DNA from: Arcobacter sp.
GTDB lineage: Bacteria; Campylobacterota; Campylobacteria; Campylobacterales; Arcobacteraceae
Length of the DNA: 21,665 nucleotides
Assembly: GCA_965662175.1 (NCBI GenBank)
Contig: CBFIGT010000030.1
Span: forward strand, 1-21,665
Direction: 5' to 3'
Below the pieces are notes generated by a model. It made no database searches and had not been told where the DNA came from. It saw nothing but the letters and a program-made list of their open reading frames with translations. The translations under genes and the position numbers were made by a program. Positions 1 to 7,966 of this stretch are shown one piece after another (within the stretch, counting starts at the first letter, position 1; each line of letters opens with the position of its first letter).

Positions 1-80
1 TCAAGATTGAGTGCTATAGGTATGATTTTAAGTTCAACCCCAAAATCATCTCTTAATGTAAATATTTGATCGTGTGCCAT
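1..80 (-). CDS. Hypothetical protein, 5' part only (MAHDQIFTLRDDFGVELKIIPIALNL...), runs off the window
   Basis: ATG at 80-78 with GAGGAG SD inside the end of the upstream ORF; frame open to the window edge. Confidence 0.65.
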   Translation of the reverse strand, partial: MAHDQIFTLRDDFGVELKIIPIALNL

Positions 81-84
81 TTTT

Positions 85-552
85 TTAGTTCTCCTCTGTT
101 TTTATGTTGTTTTCTAGCTCATTCCATAATTCATAAATGGTGGAATAAGAAACTTCAAGCTTATGATATTTAGCAAAATAAGTTGCAATATCTCTAAAAC
201 TCATATTTTGTTCTAACTTTAGAGTTCTTACTATTGCCCAATATCCAAGCACCTTTTGTCGTTTTATTTTTGATTTGTTGTTTTTACCTCGAAGTTTTAT
301 TGCATTGAGATTCACATCATCAAGCTCTTTTACAACCGAATCAACTGCTAAAATAAGTGATGATAGAGTCAAAATGTTATTATCTACATCACCATGAGTA
401 TTTTTTAGTTTATGAAACAGTTGCTTTTGAAGCTGCAATATTTGTAACTTCGTTTGTAAATCAACCCTTGCAAAGAGTCGCAAGTTTTGATTTTGCATCT
501 CAAGGGAAAATTTTGTGATGGTTTCTATGCTTTTTTCATCATCTAAACTCAT
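85..552 (-). CDS. Element hypothetical protein with C-terminal HTH-like segment (possibly a mobilisation accessory DNA-binding protein)
   Basis: 155-aa ORF coupled to the upstream gene by an ATGA overlap; MSFRDIATYFAKYHKLEVSYSTIYELW is HTH-like. Confidence 0.6.
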   Translation of the reverse strand: MSLDDEKSIETITKFSLEMQNQNLRLFARVDLQTKLQILQLQKQLFHKLKNTHGDVDNNILTLSSLILAVDSVVKELDDVNLNAIKLRGKNNKSKIKRQKVLGYWAIVRTLKLEQNMSFRDIATYFAKYHKLEVSYSTIYELWNELENNIKTEEN

Positions 553-1208
553 CTCTCACCCCTTATGATTTTCACATTAAGCGAATTTGCCATTTTTTGA
601 TACAGTTTACTTGCATGTACTTTTGAAAGTACAATATCACTTGCTTCATCTTTTAAAAGCATTTGCCCATTGTGATTTACAAATGAATAGGTAGTATCTT
701 CAAATACAACTTTTAGATTTGGATACTCTAAAGCATTTGATTTTAAAATATTGACAAACTCATAATAGGCTTTTTTCCTTCCCTTTTTTTGAGTATTTTT
801 TTTATTACTCTCTTTGATATTATTAGAGTGAGTATTAGTAGTCAACGGTTTTCCGCTATCGTTTTTACCGATATTGGTTTTTCCAATCTCGGTAAAATCT
901 TTTAAATCCTCACTACTTAATTTCTCATCACTAAATATCCAAAGCTTATTTGAAAATCTTCCTTTTTCTCTTAATTGTTTTCTAAAAAGATAACCGCTTA
1001 CTTCAAGTTCTTTAAGTGCATTTGAAATTGCTGTTTTCCCATCGCTTGTATAGTCTTGAAGTTTTTCTTCATAAAAATGCCAATCTTGAGGGAAATGCAC
1101 CAATATCAAGCACATACCTTTGGCTTTTAAACTTATGGTGTTATCTTTTGCAATGATATTGCTAACCATTGTGAAGTTTTTCTTTTTTTGTTGAAGAGTA
1201 ACTTTCAT
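549..1208 (-). CDS. Phage-type replication initiator / replisome organiser with N-terminal winged HTH
   Basis: NFTMVSN...LKAKG...P.DW.F...DG..AI..ALKELE..GYL pattern, then a repeated GK linker (IGKTNIGKNDSGKPLTTN); AAGGA SD upstream. Confidence 0.75.
   Translation of the reverse strand: MKVTLQQKKKNFTMVSNIIAKDNTISLKAKGMCLILVHFPQDWHFYEEKLQDYTSDGKTAISNALKELEVSGYLFRKQLREKGRFSNKLWIFSDEKLSSEDLKDFTEIGKTNIGKNDSGKPLTTNTHSNNIKESNKKNTQKKGRKKAYYEFVNILKSNALEYPNLKVVFEDTTYSFVNHNGQMLLKDEASDIVLSKVHASKLYQKMANSLNVKIIRGER
845..899. repeat. Degenerate 15-bp tandem repeats (putative iterons) inside the initiator gene
   Basis: ACGGTTTTCCGCTAT / CGTTTTTACCGATAT / TGGTTTTTCCAATCT / CGGTAAAATC, with CC at 853, 868 and 883; T-rich tract nearby at ~770-805. 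Confidence 0.55.
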
Positions 1209-1289
1209 AATCTCATTCCTTGCTCCTTTTTTGTTTATAAGCTTATAAATTTATTTCCATGGATGTGGAATTTTATAACGAAAAAAAGG

Positions 1290-1322
1290 TTTTGTGATTA
1301 TCTGTGTCAAATAATCACAAAA
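1290..1322. promoter_or_regulatory. 12-bp perfect inverted repeat (operator candidate) between the divergent rep and xis genes
   Basis: TTTTGTGATTAT-N9-ATAATCACAAAA. Confidence 0.55.
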
Positions 1323-1372
1323 TGAATTTTTTTAAATATGATTTTAAAAAAAGAAAATTATGGAGAGGAAAA

Positions 1373-1567
1373 ATGGAAGAACTAATACCAAAAAGAATAT
1401 CGTTTTCACTAAAAGAATTAGAGAGTTTAGGATTTATGAAAGTTTCAACAGCAAAAAAGCTTATAAAAGAAAATAAACTAAAATCTTTTAAAGTGGGAGT
1501 GAAGCATTTTATTTTAAGAGAAGAGGTTCTTAGGTATATTGATGAAAATAGTTGTGTGTCGCTTTGA
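1373..1567 (+). CDS. Excisionase-like HTH_17/MerR-type DNA-binding protein (64 aa)
   Basis: ATG 1373 preceded by GAGAGGA; KVSTAKKLIKENKLKSFKVGVKHFILREEVLRYI fits the Xis-like fold; adjacent to the att junction. Confidence 0.75.
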   Translation: MEELIPKRISFSLKELESLGFMKVSTAKKLIKENKLKSFKVGVKHFILREEVLRYIDENSCVSL

Positions 1568-1613
1568 TTGTTTGAAAGTTCGTAAAATAGGGATTTTGTA
1601 ATGTATAAAAAAG

Positions 1614-1697
1614 TGGTAGCCCTGGCCGGAATCGAACCGGCACTCCATTGGAATATGATTTTGAATCATACGCGTCTACCAATTCCGCCACAGAGCC
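1614..1697 (-). tRNA. tRNA-Leu(CAA), complete, 84 nt, CCA encoded; carried by the element
   Basis: Cloverleaf: acceptor GGCTCTG/CAGGGCT, D arm GCGGAATTGGTAGACGC, anticodon arm TATGA-TTCAAAA-TCATA, variable arm TTCC-AAT-GGAG, T arm GCCGG-TTCGATT-CCGGC, discriminator A + CCA. Confidence 0.95.
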
Positions 1698-1734
1698 ATT
1701 TTTGTTGTTTTAACAGTAAATTTTATATAAGTTG

Positions 1735-1786
1735 TGTACCTTTTTTATGTACCCAACATCTAAAAAAGCCTTATTTTAGGGCTTTT
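1735..1786. other. att-arm region: direct repeat TGTACC x2 (1735, 1748) plus 23-bp quasi-palindrome (1764-1786)
   Basis: TGTACC-N7-TGTACC resembles tyrosine-integrase arm-type sites; AAAAGCCT-TATTTTA-GGGCTTTT. Confidence 0.55.
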
Positions 1787-1802
1787 AAGCCATTTGCACG
1801 AT

Positions 1803-1844
1803 AGATTTTGAATCCGGCGTGTTTACCAGTTTCACCATACGGGC
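1803..1844 (-). pseudogene. 5' half of host tRNA-Leu(CAA), truncated just after the anticodon loop (att junction)
   Basis: GCCCGTA-TG-GTGAAACTGGTAAACAC-G-CCGGA-TTCAAAA-TC(T), then no variable arm, T arm or acceptor 3' strand. Confidence 0.88.
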
Positions 1845-1847
1845 ACA

Positions 1848-1870
1848 CAAGCTAGTTTAAAACTAGCTTG
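1848..1870 (-). terminator. Hairpin between fba and the tRNA fragment (fba terminator or tRNA leader structure)
   Basis: CAAGCTAGTT-TAA-AACTAGCTTG; no strong U-tract; a TATAAT on the minus strand at 1878-1873. Confidence 0.45.
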
Positions 1871-1890
1871 GGATTATAGTTAGTTATTTA

Positions 1891-2958
1891 TTAGTTTTTG
1901 TTTAAAGCTTGTAAATCTGAAAATGCAGTTTCAAGTCTAGCTATCATAGACTCTTGTCCAGCTCTTAGCCATTTTCTTGGGTCATAATATGATTTATTTG
2001 GTTTTTCTTCACCCTCTGGGTTTCCAATTTGACCTTGTAAATATCCATGGTTTTTAGCTTCAAAAGCTCTTACACCATCCCAAAATGCCCATTGAGTATC
2101 TGTATCAATATTCATTTTGATTACACCATAATCAATAGCTTCTCTAATCTCTTCAAGAGCAGAACCAGATCCTCCATGGAAAACAAAGTTTACAGATTTT
2201 GCAGCTATATTATGTTTTTCAGAGATATATTTTTGAGAATTATCTAAAATTTTTGGACTTAACTGTACATTTCCTGGCTTATAAACACCATGAACATTTC
2301 CAAAAGATGCTGCAATTGTAAAATGAGGAGATACCTCTTTTAATTGTTCATAAGCATAGCAAACCTCTTCAGGTTGAGTATAAAGTAAAGCATTATCAAC
2401 ATCACTATTATCAACACCATCTTCCTCTCCACCTGTAATTCCAAGCTCGATTTCAATCATCATATCAATAGTTTTCATTCTTTTAAAATACTCTACACAA
2501 GTAGCTATATTCTCTTCTAAACTCTCCTCTGAAAGGTCTAACATATGTGACGTAAACAAAGGTTTACCATGTTTTGAATAAAAAGCTTCACCAGCTTCAA
2601 TTAAACCGTCAATCCAAGGTAATAGTTTTTTAGCAGCGTGATCTGTATGTAAAATAACAGGAACACCATAAGCTTCGGCTAATGCATGAACATGCATAGC
2701 ACCTGAAATACCACCATAAACAGCAGCTTTAGGGTCTTTTAAACCTTTACCTGCAAAAAAACCAGCTCCACCATTTGAAAACTGAATTATTATTGGCGAT
2801 TTAACTTTTGCTGCTGACTCTAAAACCGCATTAACAGAATCAGTACCTATTACATTTACAGCTGGAATTGCAAAAGAGTTCTCTTTTGCATATTCAAAAA
2901 GTTTATGTGCTTCACTACCACTTAAAACACCTGGTTTAACAATATCTAAAACTGACAA
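1891..2958 (-). CDS. fbaA: Class II fructose-bisphosphate aldolase
   Basis: Motifs PVILHTDHA, SHMLDLSEE, EIELGITGGEEDG, FGNVHGVYKPG, FVFHGGSG, KMNIDTD, YYDPR; TTG start with AGGAG SD. Confidence 0.97.
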   Translation of the reverse strand: MSVLDIVKPGVLSGSEAHKLFEYAKENSFAIPAVNVIGTDSVNAVLESAAKVKSPIIIQFSNGGAGFFAGKGLKDPKAAVYGGISGAMHVHALAEAYGVPVILHTDHAAKKLLPWIDGLIEAGEAFYSKHGKPLFTSHMLDLSEESLEENIATCVEYFKRMKTIDMMIEIELGITGGEEDGVDNSDVDNALLYTQPEEVCYAYEQLKEVSPHFTIAASFGNVHGVYKPGNVQLSPKILDNSQKYISEKHNIAAKSVNFVFHGGSGSALEEIREAIDYGVIKMNIDTDTQWAFWDGVRAFEAKNHGYLQGQIGNPEGEEKPNKSYYDPRKWLRAGQESMIARLETAFSDLQALNKN

Positions 2959-2970
2959 TTTAATCTCCTA

Positions 2971-3780
2971 TTATTTGATTATAATTTTTGCATCTTTTCT
3001 TAATTTTTCAACTTCGCTTTTAATCATTTTTCCATATTTATCTTGAACAATCATTTGAGTAATTTTTGCTTCAACTTCATTATATGGCATTGCATTTGAA
3101 TCTACTTTATCTTCTAAGTAAATTACATGGTAACCAAATTGAGTTTTTACAGGAACTTTTGTATATTCACCTTTATTAAGTGCCATAGCAGCACTTGAGA
3201 ACTCAGGAACCATTTGTTTAGCTTCAAACTTACCTAAATATCCACCTTTAGTTTTTGTAGGACCAATTGAGAATTTTTTAGCTAACTCTTCAAAAGAACC
3301 TTTTTTATTTTTAGCAATATCTAATTTAGCAATAATATCTTTAGCTTCATTTTCAGTTTTAACTAATATATGTCTAGCTTCTAAAGTAGCTGCTGTTTTA
3401 AAACTGTCTTTGTTTTTTTCGTAAAACTCTTTTTTCTCAGCATCTGTAGTTTTAATTTTTACAAACTCTTTTTGCATCCAAACTTCTAAAGCTAAATCTT
3501 CTTTGATTTTAGCTAAAGACTCTTTATATTTTCCATCATTTTGAATTCCACTTTTAATAGCTTTTTCAGTTAAAAGTTTTTTCTCTATAACTTGATTAAT
3601 AACTCTATCTTTTGTCTCTTTTGGTAAAGAATCAAAATCTACATTATTATTTCTAATAATTGATAAAATGTCTTGTTTTGTAATATCTTGACCATTTACA
3701 GTTGCGTAAGAGTCAGCAGCACTTAATGTTGTAGTTGCAATTGCTATTGAAGCTACAAAACTTAAGATTGTTTTCTTCAT
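2971..3780 (-). CDS. peb4: Periplasmic parvulin-type PPIase/chaperone, PEB4/Cbf2 family
   Basis: Signal peptide; ARHILVK, GGYLGKF, MVPEFS, PVKTQFGYHVI; next to fba as in Campylobacter. Confidence 0.88.
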   Translation of the reverse strand: MKKTILSFVASIAIATTTLSAADSYATVNGQDITKQDILSIIRNNNVDFDSLPKETKDRVINQVIEKKLLTEKAIKSGIQNDGKYKESLAKIKEDLALEVWMQKEFVKIKTTDAEKKEFYEKNKDSFKTAATLEARHILVKTENEAKDIIAKLDIAKNKKGSFEELAKKFSIGPTKTKGGYLGKFEAKQMVPEFSSAAMALNKGEYTKVPVKTQFGYHVIYLEDKVDSNAMPYNEVEAKITQMIVQDKYGKMIKSEVEKLRKDAKIIIK

Positions 3781-3945
3781 TTAATTTCCTTAAATATTTA
3801 ATTATCGACATTTTACCTACTTTTTATTAATAAAGAGTTAATGCAATTATCAATATTATTATTTAATTTTTTAAATACTATTATATTGTAACTTTTAGAA
3901 ATTTTGAAATTTAGCTTAAATACTCTTTAACTTTCCAATATTTTA

Positions 3946-3954
3946 TGTTATAAT
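3946..3954 (+). promoter_or_regulatory. Extended -10 promoter of hsrA/cosR
   Basis: TGTTATAAT (TGnTATAAT) ~55 nt upstream of ATG 4009. Confidence 0.6.
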
Positions 3955-4008
3955 TCGCGAAAATTAAATTAGACTTAAGTTTAATATAAGAATTAAGGAA
4001 CGTAATAT

Positions 4009-4695
4009 ATGAGAATATTGATCATTGAAGATGAAATTACTTTAAATAGAACACTGCAAGAGGGTTTAACTGATTTTGGTTATCAAGTTGATGCAGCTGA
4101 AAATTATAAAGATGCAGAGTATTTTATTGATATCAGAAACTATGATTTAGTTTTAACTGATTGGATGTTACCAGATGGTGATGGAATCGAACTTTGTAAA
4201 ATTGTTAAAAATAGAAGCGCTAGAACAGCGGTTGTGATTATCTCAGCTAGAGATGATAAAGATAGTGAAATTGAAGCATTAAAATCAGGGGCTGATGATT
4301 ATATCAAAAAACCATTTGATTTTGATATCTTACTTGCTAGAATTGAAGCTAGATTAAGATTTGGTGGAACAAATGTAATTGAAATTGATGAATTATCAAT
4401 TAATCCTGATGAAGAAAAAATTCTTTATGCTGGTGAAGAGATTGAATTAAAAGGTAAACCTTTTGAAGTTTTAACTCATCTTGCTCGTCATAGAGACCAA
4501 ATTGTATCAAAAGAGCAATTATTAGATGCAATCTGGGAAGAGCCTGAATTAGTAACTCCAAACGTAATTGAAGTTGCAATTAACCAAATTAGACAAAAAA
4601 TGGATAAACCATTAAATATCTCTACTATTGAAACAATCAGAAGAAGAGGTTATAGATTCTGTTACCCAGGTACAGATGAAGAAACAACTGCCTAA
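4009..4695 (+). CDS. hsrA: OmpR-family homeostatic response regulator HsrA/CosR
   Basis: Receiver domain plus LKGKPFEVLTHLARHRDQIVSKEQLLDAIWEEPELVTPNVIEVAINQIRQKMDKPL...RRRGYRFCYP, characteristic of HsrA/CosR; phosphoacceptor Asp retained (LTDWMLP). Confidence 0.92.
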   Translation: MRILIIEDEITLNRTLQEGLTDFGYQVDAAENYKDAEYFIDIRNYDLVLTDWMLPDGDGIELCKIVKNRSARTAVVIISARDDKDSEIEALKSGADDYIKKPFDFDILLARIEARLRFGGTNVIEIDELSINPDEEKILYAGEEIELKGKPFEVLTHLARHRDQIVSKEQLLDAIWEEPELVTPNVIEVAINQIRQKMDKPLNISTIETIRRRGYRFCYPGTDEETTA

Positions 4696-4700
4696 ATCTA

Positions 4701-4730
4701 AAGAATAAAAAAGAATAAAAAAGAATAAAA
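4701..4730 (+). repeat. Tandem repeat (AAGAATAAAA)x3
   Basis: Three exact 10-bp units fill most of the gap between regulator and kinase genes. Confidence 0.9.
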
Positions 4731-4731
4731 A

Positions 4732-6057
4732 GTGAATCCTAAAAGTATATACAAACAGTTTTACCAAAAACTTATTTTAGCGACTTCACTTTTTATTATA
4801 ACTATCTCATTTCTTTTTTATGGATATACAAAATCTACTATTTATGAGGGAATTCAAGAGAACCTTTATAATGATGCTAAAATTATTTATAGAATAAGTA
4901 TAAATAATGAATTAAAAAAAGATAATTTTAATATCATTACTAACTCAGGAATTATTGTAGATATAGTTACAGTACAAAATTTAAATAAAATCAAATATAC
5001 AAACTACAAAAATGGAGATGACTATTATATAGAGATACTTTATCCATTTAATTTAGAAGAGCAAAAATTTATTAAAATTGTAAAAAATGTAAACTATGCA
5101 ATTGCTATGCTAAATAAAATATTTAACAATGTTTTACTTCTATCTCTTGGTGGTTTGATTATGGTTATTTTATATGCATTTACAGTCTCAAAAACACTGT
5201 TGAAGCCTATTATTTCAATAACTGAAAAATTATCAAATATGAATGAAAACTATTTAACTAGAATTGATAAAAAAAACTTACCAATTGAGTTTCATCCATT
5301 AGCTGATTCAATTAATACCCTAACAAATAAAATACAAACCTTTGTAAAATTTAAAAAAGAGCTTTTTATAGGTGCAGCTCATGAGCTTAAAACTCCACTT
5401 GCAGTTATGAAACTAAAAAATGAAGTTACTTTGATGAAAGATAGAGAGCCTGCAAAATATCAAGAAACATTAAGATTATCAATTCAACAAATAAATGATA
5501 TGAACAATATGATTTCATCTATTTTAGATATAGGACGTCAAGAGGGAGCTCAATTTGAGAAACCTGAAGAGATAGATTTAGTACAATATATGAAACGAAA
5601 AACAAATGATTATAGAATGTTAAGTGCTGAAAAGAAGATTTCAATAACTTTTTACTCAAATGTAAATAATCTATTTGTAATGGTTCAATCAACTCTTTTA
5701 AATCAAATTATTCAAAACTTTGTGCAAAATGCTATAAAATTTACTCCAGTTGATAAAAGTATTGCTATTGTTCTTGAAAAAGTTGATAATCATCCTGTAA
5801 TTACTATTACAGATGAGGGTATTGGAATTGATGAAAAAGTTGATTTATTTGCACCTTTCAAAAGAGTTGGAAAAGAGAGTGGTGCAGGATTAGGACTCTT
5901 TTTAGCAAAAAATGCAGCTGATGCTTTGGGCGCTAAAATATCAATAGAGAATAGAACAGATGATAAAAGTGGTTGTGTTGCTAAAGTAGAACTTATCAAC
6001 ACAAGCGCACTTAAAGAGGTAAAAAAAGTTAAAACAGAGACGCGTGCTCTATTTTAG
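4732..6057 (+). CDS. Membrane sensor histidine kinase (CosS-like partner of HsrA/CosR)
   Basis: Two TM segments, HAMP region, H-box AAHELKTPLA, N-box NFVQNAIKF, DEGIGI, GAGLGL; GTG start. Confidence 0.92.
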   Translation: MNPKSIYKQFYQKLILATSLFIITISFLFYGYTKSTIYEGIQENLYNDAKIIYRISINNELKKDNFNIITNSGIIVDIVTVQNLNKIKYTNYKNGDDYYIEILYPFNLEEQKFIKIVKNVNYAIAMLNKIFNNVLLLSLGGLIMVILYAFTVSKTLLKPIISITEKLSNMNENYLTRIDKKNLPIEFHPLADSINTLTNKIQTFVKFKKELFIGAAHELKTPLAVMKLKNEVTLMKDREPAKYQETLRLSIQQINDMNNMISSILDIGRQEGAQFEKPEEIDLVQYMKRKTNDYRMLSAEKKISITFYSNVNNLFVMVQSTLLNQIIQNFVQNAIKFTPVDKSIAIVLEKVDNHPVITITDEGIGIDEKVDLFAPFKRVGKESGAGLGLFLAKNAADALGAKISIENRTDDKSGCVAKVELINTSALKEVKKVKTETRALF

Positions 6058-6457
6058 TACATTTATTCTGAACTACATTCATACCAGCCTCTTCTGCTTT
6101 TTGGGCAGCTGCATTATTTACTAAACCTAACTGTGTCCAAACTGTGTCAATATCTCCTCTTTTTATACAAGCATCAACAACAGCAGCTATAGCATCAGGT
6201 TTTCTAAAAATATCAACCATATCAATCTTAAATGGAATTTCATCTAAAGACCTATAAACCTTTTCACCTAAGATTTCATCCCCTTTTGGATAAATAGGAA
6301 CAATTTTAAAACCAGCATTTTGTAAATATTGCGCAACTTTATTACTAGCTTTTGAAGTATCAGGCGAAAGCCCAGCTATAGCAATAGTTTTTGTATTGTT
6401 AAATATCTCTTTTATCTCTTCATTGTTTGAATTAACTGTGGGAAATTCACATTCCAT
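6029..6457 (-). CDS. CoA-binding protein (YccU-like)
   Basis: TIAIAGLSP..KASNKVAQYL...GF.IVPIYP, IDMVDIFR, VWTQLG, VVQNKCTKIEH. Confidence 0.9.
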   Translation of the reverse strand: MECEFPTVNSNNEEIKEIFNNTKTIAIAGLSPDTSKASNKVAQYLQNAGFKIVPIYPKGDEILGEKVYRSLDEIPFKIDMVDIFRKPDAIAAVVDACIKRGDIDTVWTQLGLVNNAAAQKAEEAGMNVVQNKCTKIEHASLF

Positions 6458-6526
6458 TTTGTATCCTTTTATTTTTATTAATTTTACATCTAAAATATAC
6501 CAAAATATATTATATCAAAAATAGTT

Positions 6527-7708
6527 TCACAACTCACCTTTGAATGCTTTATCCAAAATAGAAGCTTTTAATGCTTTTAGATTTTGCATTTTTTCTTTTT
6601 GGAGTGATTTGATTTTTTCTGTTTTTTTTGAAATTTCGTCTAGGTATTTTACTACTTTTTCTTGGATATTGAGAGGTGGAAGAGGTAACTCTAATTCTTT
6701 AATATATGTTTGACTAATATTTGGTTGAGCACCACCAAAAGAATCTTTAAGCATTTTTTCTCTTATTTTTTTTAAAAAATAAAACATATACATTGTTTCA
6801 AATTGATTTTTATCATTCAAAATTCCACATATAGCTTGATTTGTAGTTGTTTCGATTTCCAAAATTCCTAATCTTCCAACAGTTGCTCCATACATAGCTA
6901 TTAATAAAGTTCCTATTGGAAATAGTTTAGCAGATGATTTATTTAATCCAATATTAGTAATAAATTCTTCTACTTCTGTAATGTAACCATCATTTAATTC
7001 ACCACTTTTTAACCACCCAATATTTCCACCCCAATAAGATTTTTCATTTCTTTTTGGAGTACCACCACTGGTTGTTTTTGTTAGATTACCTAATATTTCT
7101 AATTCATACTTCTCTTCCAACTCTCCAAAAACATCATTCAAAACACTTCCCATAAACAGATCAGCTTCATCCATATTTTTTTTATGTAAAGCTATTGATT
7201 TATCTATTTTTTCAAAAAGTAAATCCAATTTAGAAACTATTCTTTGTTGTTCTAAAAGTGGTGGGAGTGGTATATCTGTTTCTTCTAATTCCTTTTTAGT
7301 GATAGCAGAAAATGTACTTCCTTTACCTTTATTAGATATTTCTAATTCAAAGTTTCTAAAAAAATATAATAGATAATTTGTAATTGTATTAGATTTATTT
7401 GGTCTTATTGCTCCTAATCCTCTACCAATACAGCATTGAATATTAGCTATATTAGTTGGTCCAACTGGTGCTCTTACTGATAATAAAATATCTCCAATTT
7501 CAGCTATCTTTTTTGGCTCAGTTGTATATTGTTCAACAGTTGGATACATTTCTCCAAACTCTTTTTTCCCTTGAAAGAAAGCCATTCCATTTCCATCTGA
7601 GTTGTAAGTATCAGATTTTGGTGATTGTCCCATAACTAATTTACATACAGAATTATCACCTAACTTCTTCCACTCCCATCCATTTGGTAATTGATATAGC
7701 TCAGACAT
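6527..7708 (-). CDS. hsdS: Type I R-M specificity subunit with two TRDs
   Basis: LPNGWEWKKLG start; conserved repeats PLPPLLEQQRIV and PLPPLNIQEKVV; SILDKAFKGEL end. Confidence 0.95.
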   Translation of the reverse strand: MSELYQLPNGWEWKKLGDNSVCKLVMGQSPKSDTYNSDGNGMAFFQGKKEFGEMYPTVEQYTTEPKKIAEIGDILLSVRAPVGPTNIANIQCCIGRGLGAIRPNKSNTITNYLLYFFRNFELEISNKGKGSTFSAITKKELEETDIPLPPLLEQQRIVSKLDLLFEKIDKSIALHKKNMDEADLFMGSVLNDVFGELEEKYELEILGNLTKTTSGGTPKRNEKSYWGGNIGWLKSGELNDGYITEVEEFITNIGLNKSSAKLFPIGTLLIAMYGATVGRLGILEIETTTNQAICGILNDKNQFETMYMFYFLKKIREKMLKDSFGGAQPNISQTYIKELELPLPPLNIQEKVVKYLDEISKKTEKIKSLQKEKMQNLKALKASILDKAFKGEL

Positions 7709-7883
7709 CTAAACTTCCTCCGTCGGTACTATCGCACATCAACTTTTCAGTTAATAAATTATTGATAGATTTTGGAATATAAGCCTTTTTTGAGAAAATC
7801 AAGTTTTCTATATACTCTTCAATTCCCTTATAACTTTTAAATCTTTCACTACTTATGTATTTTGTTATTAAGCTTTTTTTCAT
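7701..7883 (-). pseudogene. Internally deleted remnant of an Abi-like (HEPN) gene
   Basis: KYISSERFKSY...Y.ENL..SKKAYIP..SINNLL resembles the N-terminus of Abi-family proteins; only 60 aa, no RxxxxH; stop overlaps the hsdS start. Confidence 0.5.
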
Positions 7884-7908
7884 ATTTTTTTACCTATTAT
7901 CACCTTGT

Positions 7909-7966
7909 AATTCCCCTGTAAGTCTATATACAAGCTTTAAGCTCCGAGATATAGCTAGGGGTGATT
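7909..7966 (-). ncRNA. Putative structured leader RNA upstream of the Abi remnant
   Basis: Nested stems CCCCT/AGGGG, CTATAT/ATATAG and GAGCT/AGCTT with internal loops. Confidence 0.5.

Larger units (their letters stand above)
1..1814. mobile_element. End of an integrated element (IME/satellite/prophage-like) inserted in host tRNA-Leu(CAA); continues left of the window
   Basis: Truncated host tRNA at the boundary, arm-type-like repeats at 1735-1753, Xis-like HTH and phage-type replication initiator; core gene fba starts just to the right. Confidence 0.8.

Noticed and set aside
1304..1372. Longer GTG start for the Xis-like gene
   Set aside because: Lies in the inverted-repeat operator with no SD; ATG 1373 has a good SD and gives a typical size.
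1601..1804. 67-aa ORF on the + strand
   Set aside because: Antisense shadow of the tRNA-Leu gene and att region; VALAGIEPA is the typical reverse-tRNA translation.
1698..1844. Intron-containing or split/permuted tRNA joining the two tRNA pieces
   Set aside because: The downstream tRNA is complete on its own, its acceptor 3' strand does not pair with GCCCGTA, and the ~105-nt spacer is too short and unstructured for a group I intron.
2047..6002. Short ORFs 2047-2247 (+) and 5790-6002 (-)
   Set aside because: Antisense to fba and the histidine kinase; no independent coding signal.
6527..7708. Phase-variable hsdS (shufflon or repeat tract)
   Set aside because: Only one hsdS, no recombinase or inverted TRD copies, and no G/C homopolymer tract; A runs are ordinary for this base composition.
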